Shown here: piece after piece, positions 62,213 through 64,000 of the stretch | Layout of the letters: each line of letters starts with the position of its first letter | Position numbering within the stretch: position 1 is the stretch's first letter | Assembly (NCBI GenBank): GCA_963709135.1 | Contig: CAVPVI010000019.1 | Span: forward strand, 300,534 to 364,533 | DNA from: an uncultured Solirubrobacterales bacterium | Lineage (GTDB): Bacteria > Actinomycetota > Thermoleophilia > Solirubrobacterales > Solirubrobacteraceae | DNA: 64,000 nucleotides | Direction: 5' to 3' | The notes under the pieces: model-generated | Seen by the model: only the letters and a program-made list of their open reading frames with translations | Told to the model about the DNA's origin: nothing | Databases searched by the model: none | Made by a program: the position numbers and the translations under genes

Positions 62213-62707
62213 TTGAGCGCAAACAGCAGGCTGACCATCGCCATCCACGCCTTGGAGTGGGTCGAGCTGCACGCCCGTCTCGGCGGCGGACCGGCGACAT
62301 CCGACAGCATCGCGGCGAGCGTGCGAACCAACCCCGTCGTCGTCCGCAGGCTGCTCGGGAAACTACGGGCATCCGGACTCGTCGTCTCGCACCGAGGCAC
62401 CCCAGCAGGCTGGACCCTCGCCCGACCAGCAACACAGATCACGCTCCTAGACGTCAAAAACGCCTTGGGCGAAGGCCCGGTGTTCGCGCTGCACAGCTCC
62501 CCGCCGTCGCCGAACTGCCCCATCGGCTACAGCATCAGGCCCATGCTCGCCGACGTGTACGAGGCAGCCGAGCAAGCCGCTGACGCCACGCTCGCAAACA
62601 CGACAATCCAACAGGCGCTAGACGAAACCCTGACCCGCTCCAACCAAACCCACCCCGAACTGCTCACTACCTTCGCAGACACGGTACGGGCCTCCGCACC
62701 ACCCTGA
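62213..62707 (+). CDS. Rrf2-family transcriptional regulator (HypR/SaiR-like)
   Basis: [29 protein letters not shown]...ITLLDV, PNCPIG. Confidence 0.92.
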   Translation: MSANSRLTIAIHALEWVELHARLGGGPATSDSIAASVRTNPVVVRRLLGKLRASGLVVSHRGTPAGWTLARPATQITLLDVKNALGEGPVFALHSSPPSPNCPIGYSIRPMLADVYEAAEQAADATLANTTIQQALDETLTRSNQTHPELLTTFADTVRASAPP

Positions 62708-62929
62708 GCAGAATGGCGACCATTCGCACGTCCGCGATGCCGGCATGCTCGCCGGAAGCGAGCAAGCAAATGCGCGACCGCGGCCGCAGAGCCAGTTCTG
62801 CTTTCACGAGCCAACAGAAGCCTCGTGAGCCGAGAGCGACCACGTCGAGACGTCCCCTATCGGCCGGAAGCAGCGAGGCATGCTCGTCCCGACTTCGCCG
62901 CCGCAATGCCTATAGGTCATCCTAGGCTG

Positions 62930-63110
62930 GTTGTTGCCTCGACCGCCGCCGGGAGAGGCCTTTGCAATGCCTGCCCCCTTTGTGGAGGGCCCCGAGCGGA
63001 CCAGCCCGTCTCGGCGGTGGTGAGGTGCCGCAAGCGGCTACAGGACGTTGCCCCGGGTTGAGGGCCTGTCTATAGGCATCCGCAACGGTACCTCTCGGTC
63101 GAGGCGCTGT
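62930..63110 (+). ncRNA. Predicted IS110 bridge RNA (element B)
   Basis: Loop segment gcaatgcct (62964-62972) equals the left junction 62903-62911; acaggacgt and ctatagg donor segments. Confidence 0.72.
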
Positions 63111-63143
63111 GAAGACCTGACCCGAGTTGGAGTTGAAGTTCTG

Positions 63144-64000
63144 ATGAGACGTATCTATGCGGGCGTCGACTGGGCGTCCGAGAAGCACGATGTGCTGATC
63201 GCCGATGAGACGGGCGAGAAGATCCTGGCCGCCACGTTCGCGCACGACGAGGCCGGGGTACGGTCGTTGTGCCGCACACTGGTGCGCCACGAGGTGACGC
63301 TGGTCGCGATCGAGCGACCCGATGGGCTGCTGGTCGAGAGGCTGCTGGACGCGGGACTGCGGATCCTGCCGTTGCACCCCAGCCAGGTCGCGGCGACCCG
63401 CGATCGGTTCCGCGCGTCGGGCGGGAAGTCCGATCGGTTTGACGCGTTCGTGCTCTGCGAGCTGGCGCGCACCGATCACCACCGCTTCCGGGTGCTTGAG
63501 CCCGACAGCGATCAGACCAAGGCGCTCAGGGCGCTGACCCGAGCACGCGAGGACCTGGTCGGCACCCGGACCGCGCTGACCAACCAGTTGCGGGCGGAGC
63601 TTGACCGGTTCTGGCCCGGCCCGCTGGGCATGTTCACCGATCTGCATAGCCGGATCTCGCTCGCGTTCCTTGAGCGCTACCCCAGCCCCGCTGACGCGCG
63701 TGGCCTCGGGGAAGCGCGCCTGCACGCGTTCCTGGCCCGGGAGCATTACACCGGCAGCCAAAAGCCGGCGCGGCTGCTCATAAAGCTCCGCCGCGCCCCC
63801 GAGGCGCGGATCGGGGAGCTCGAGCTCGCCACCCGCCGGCAGCTCGTGCTCGCGTTGGTCGCGACTCTCAAGACGCTCAACGAGCAGATCAAGCAGTCCG
63901 AGCGCCAGATCGCGACCGCGATCCGCGAGCATCCCGACGGCCGGATCTTCTTGTCGCTGTTCAGGAAGCCCGGCAGCGTGATCTGCGCCGCGGAGCTGTT
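63144..64000 (+). CDS. IS110 transposase (3'-truncated by window)
   Basis: MRRIYAGVDWASEKHDV, VAIE, KSDRFDA; reading frame appears open to the window end. Confidence 0.92.
   Translation, partial: MRRIYAGVDWASEKHDVLIADETGEKILAATFAHDEAGVRSLCRTLVRHEVTLVAIERPDGLLVERLLDAGLRILPLHPSQVAATRDRFRASGGKSDRFDAFVLCELARTDHHRFRVLEPDSDQTKALRALTRAREDLVGTRTALTNQLRAELDRFWPGPLGMFTDLHSRISLAFLERYPSPADARGLGEARLHAFLAREHYTGSQKPARLLIKLRRAPEARIGELELATRRQLVLALVATLKTLNEQIKQSERQIATAIREHPDGRIFLSLFRKPGSVICAAEL

Larger units (their letters stand above)
62909..64000 (+). mobile_element. IS110-family element B (runs off the window)
   Basis: Left end CCTATAGGTCATCCT homologous to element A. Confidence 0.85.

Overview
High-GC (roughly 70%) actinobacterial DNA; gene style suggests Thermoleophilia/Solirubrobacterales (inference). 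Three zones. (1) 1-12.9 kb: accessory region downstream of tRNA-Phe. It holds a NosP(FIST)-kinase-degenerate HD-GYP operon, a multi-PAS GGDEF-EAL gene, a DUF4157-type toxin cassette and integrase/IS scars. (2) 12.9-18.4 kb: intact core-like genes (tRNA-Phe, SixA phosphatase, DUF1998 helicase, HAD hydrolase, Xis/BldC-like HTH). (3) 18.5-64 kb: a decayed accessory mosaic with secreted repeat proteins, an ECF sigma factor, TA pairs, GNATs, a two-component system, IS1380, three IS110s, a MITE and two short catalytic-domain-only tyrosine recombinases. The most striking signal is non-coding: four cargo modules between 34.7 and 58.5 kb are each bracketed by long imperfect inverted repeats built from recurrent short palindromic sites, next to those recombinases. 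This is a candidate cassette-shuffling system. Two IS110 left ends carry readable bridge-RNA guide loops that match their own junctions and appear to target this repeat DNA. All alignments were done by eye; no database searches were run.
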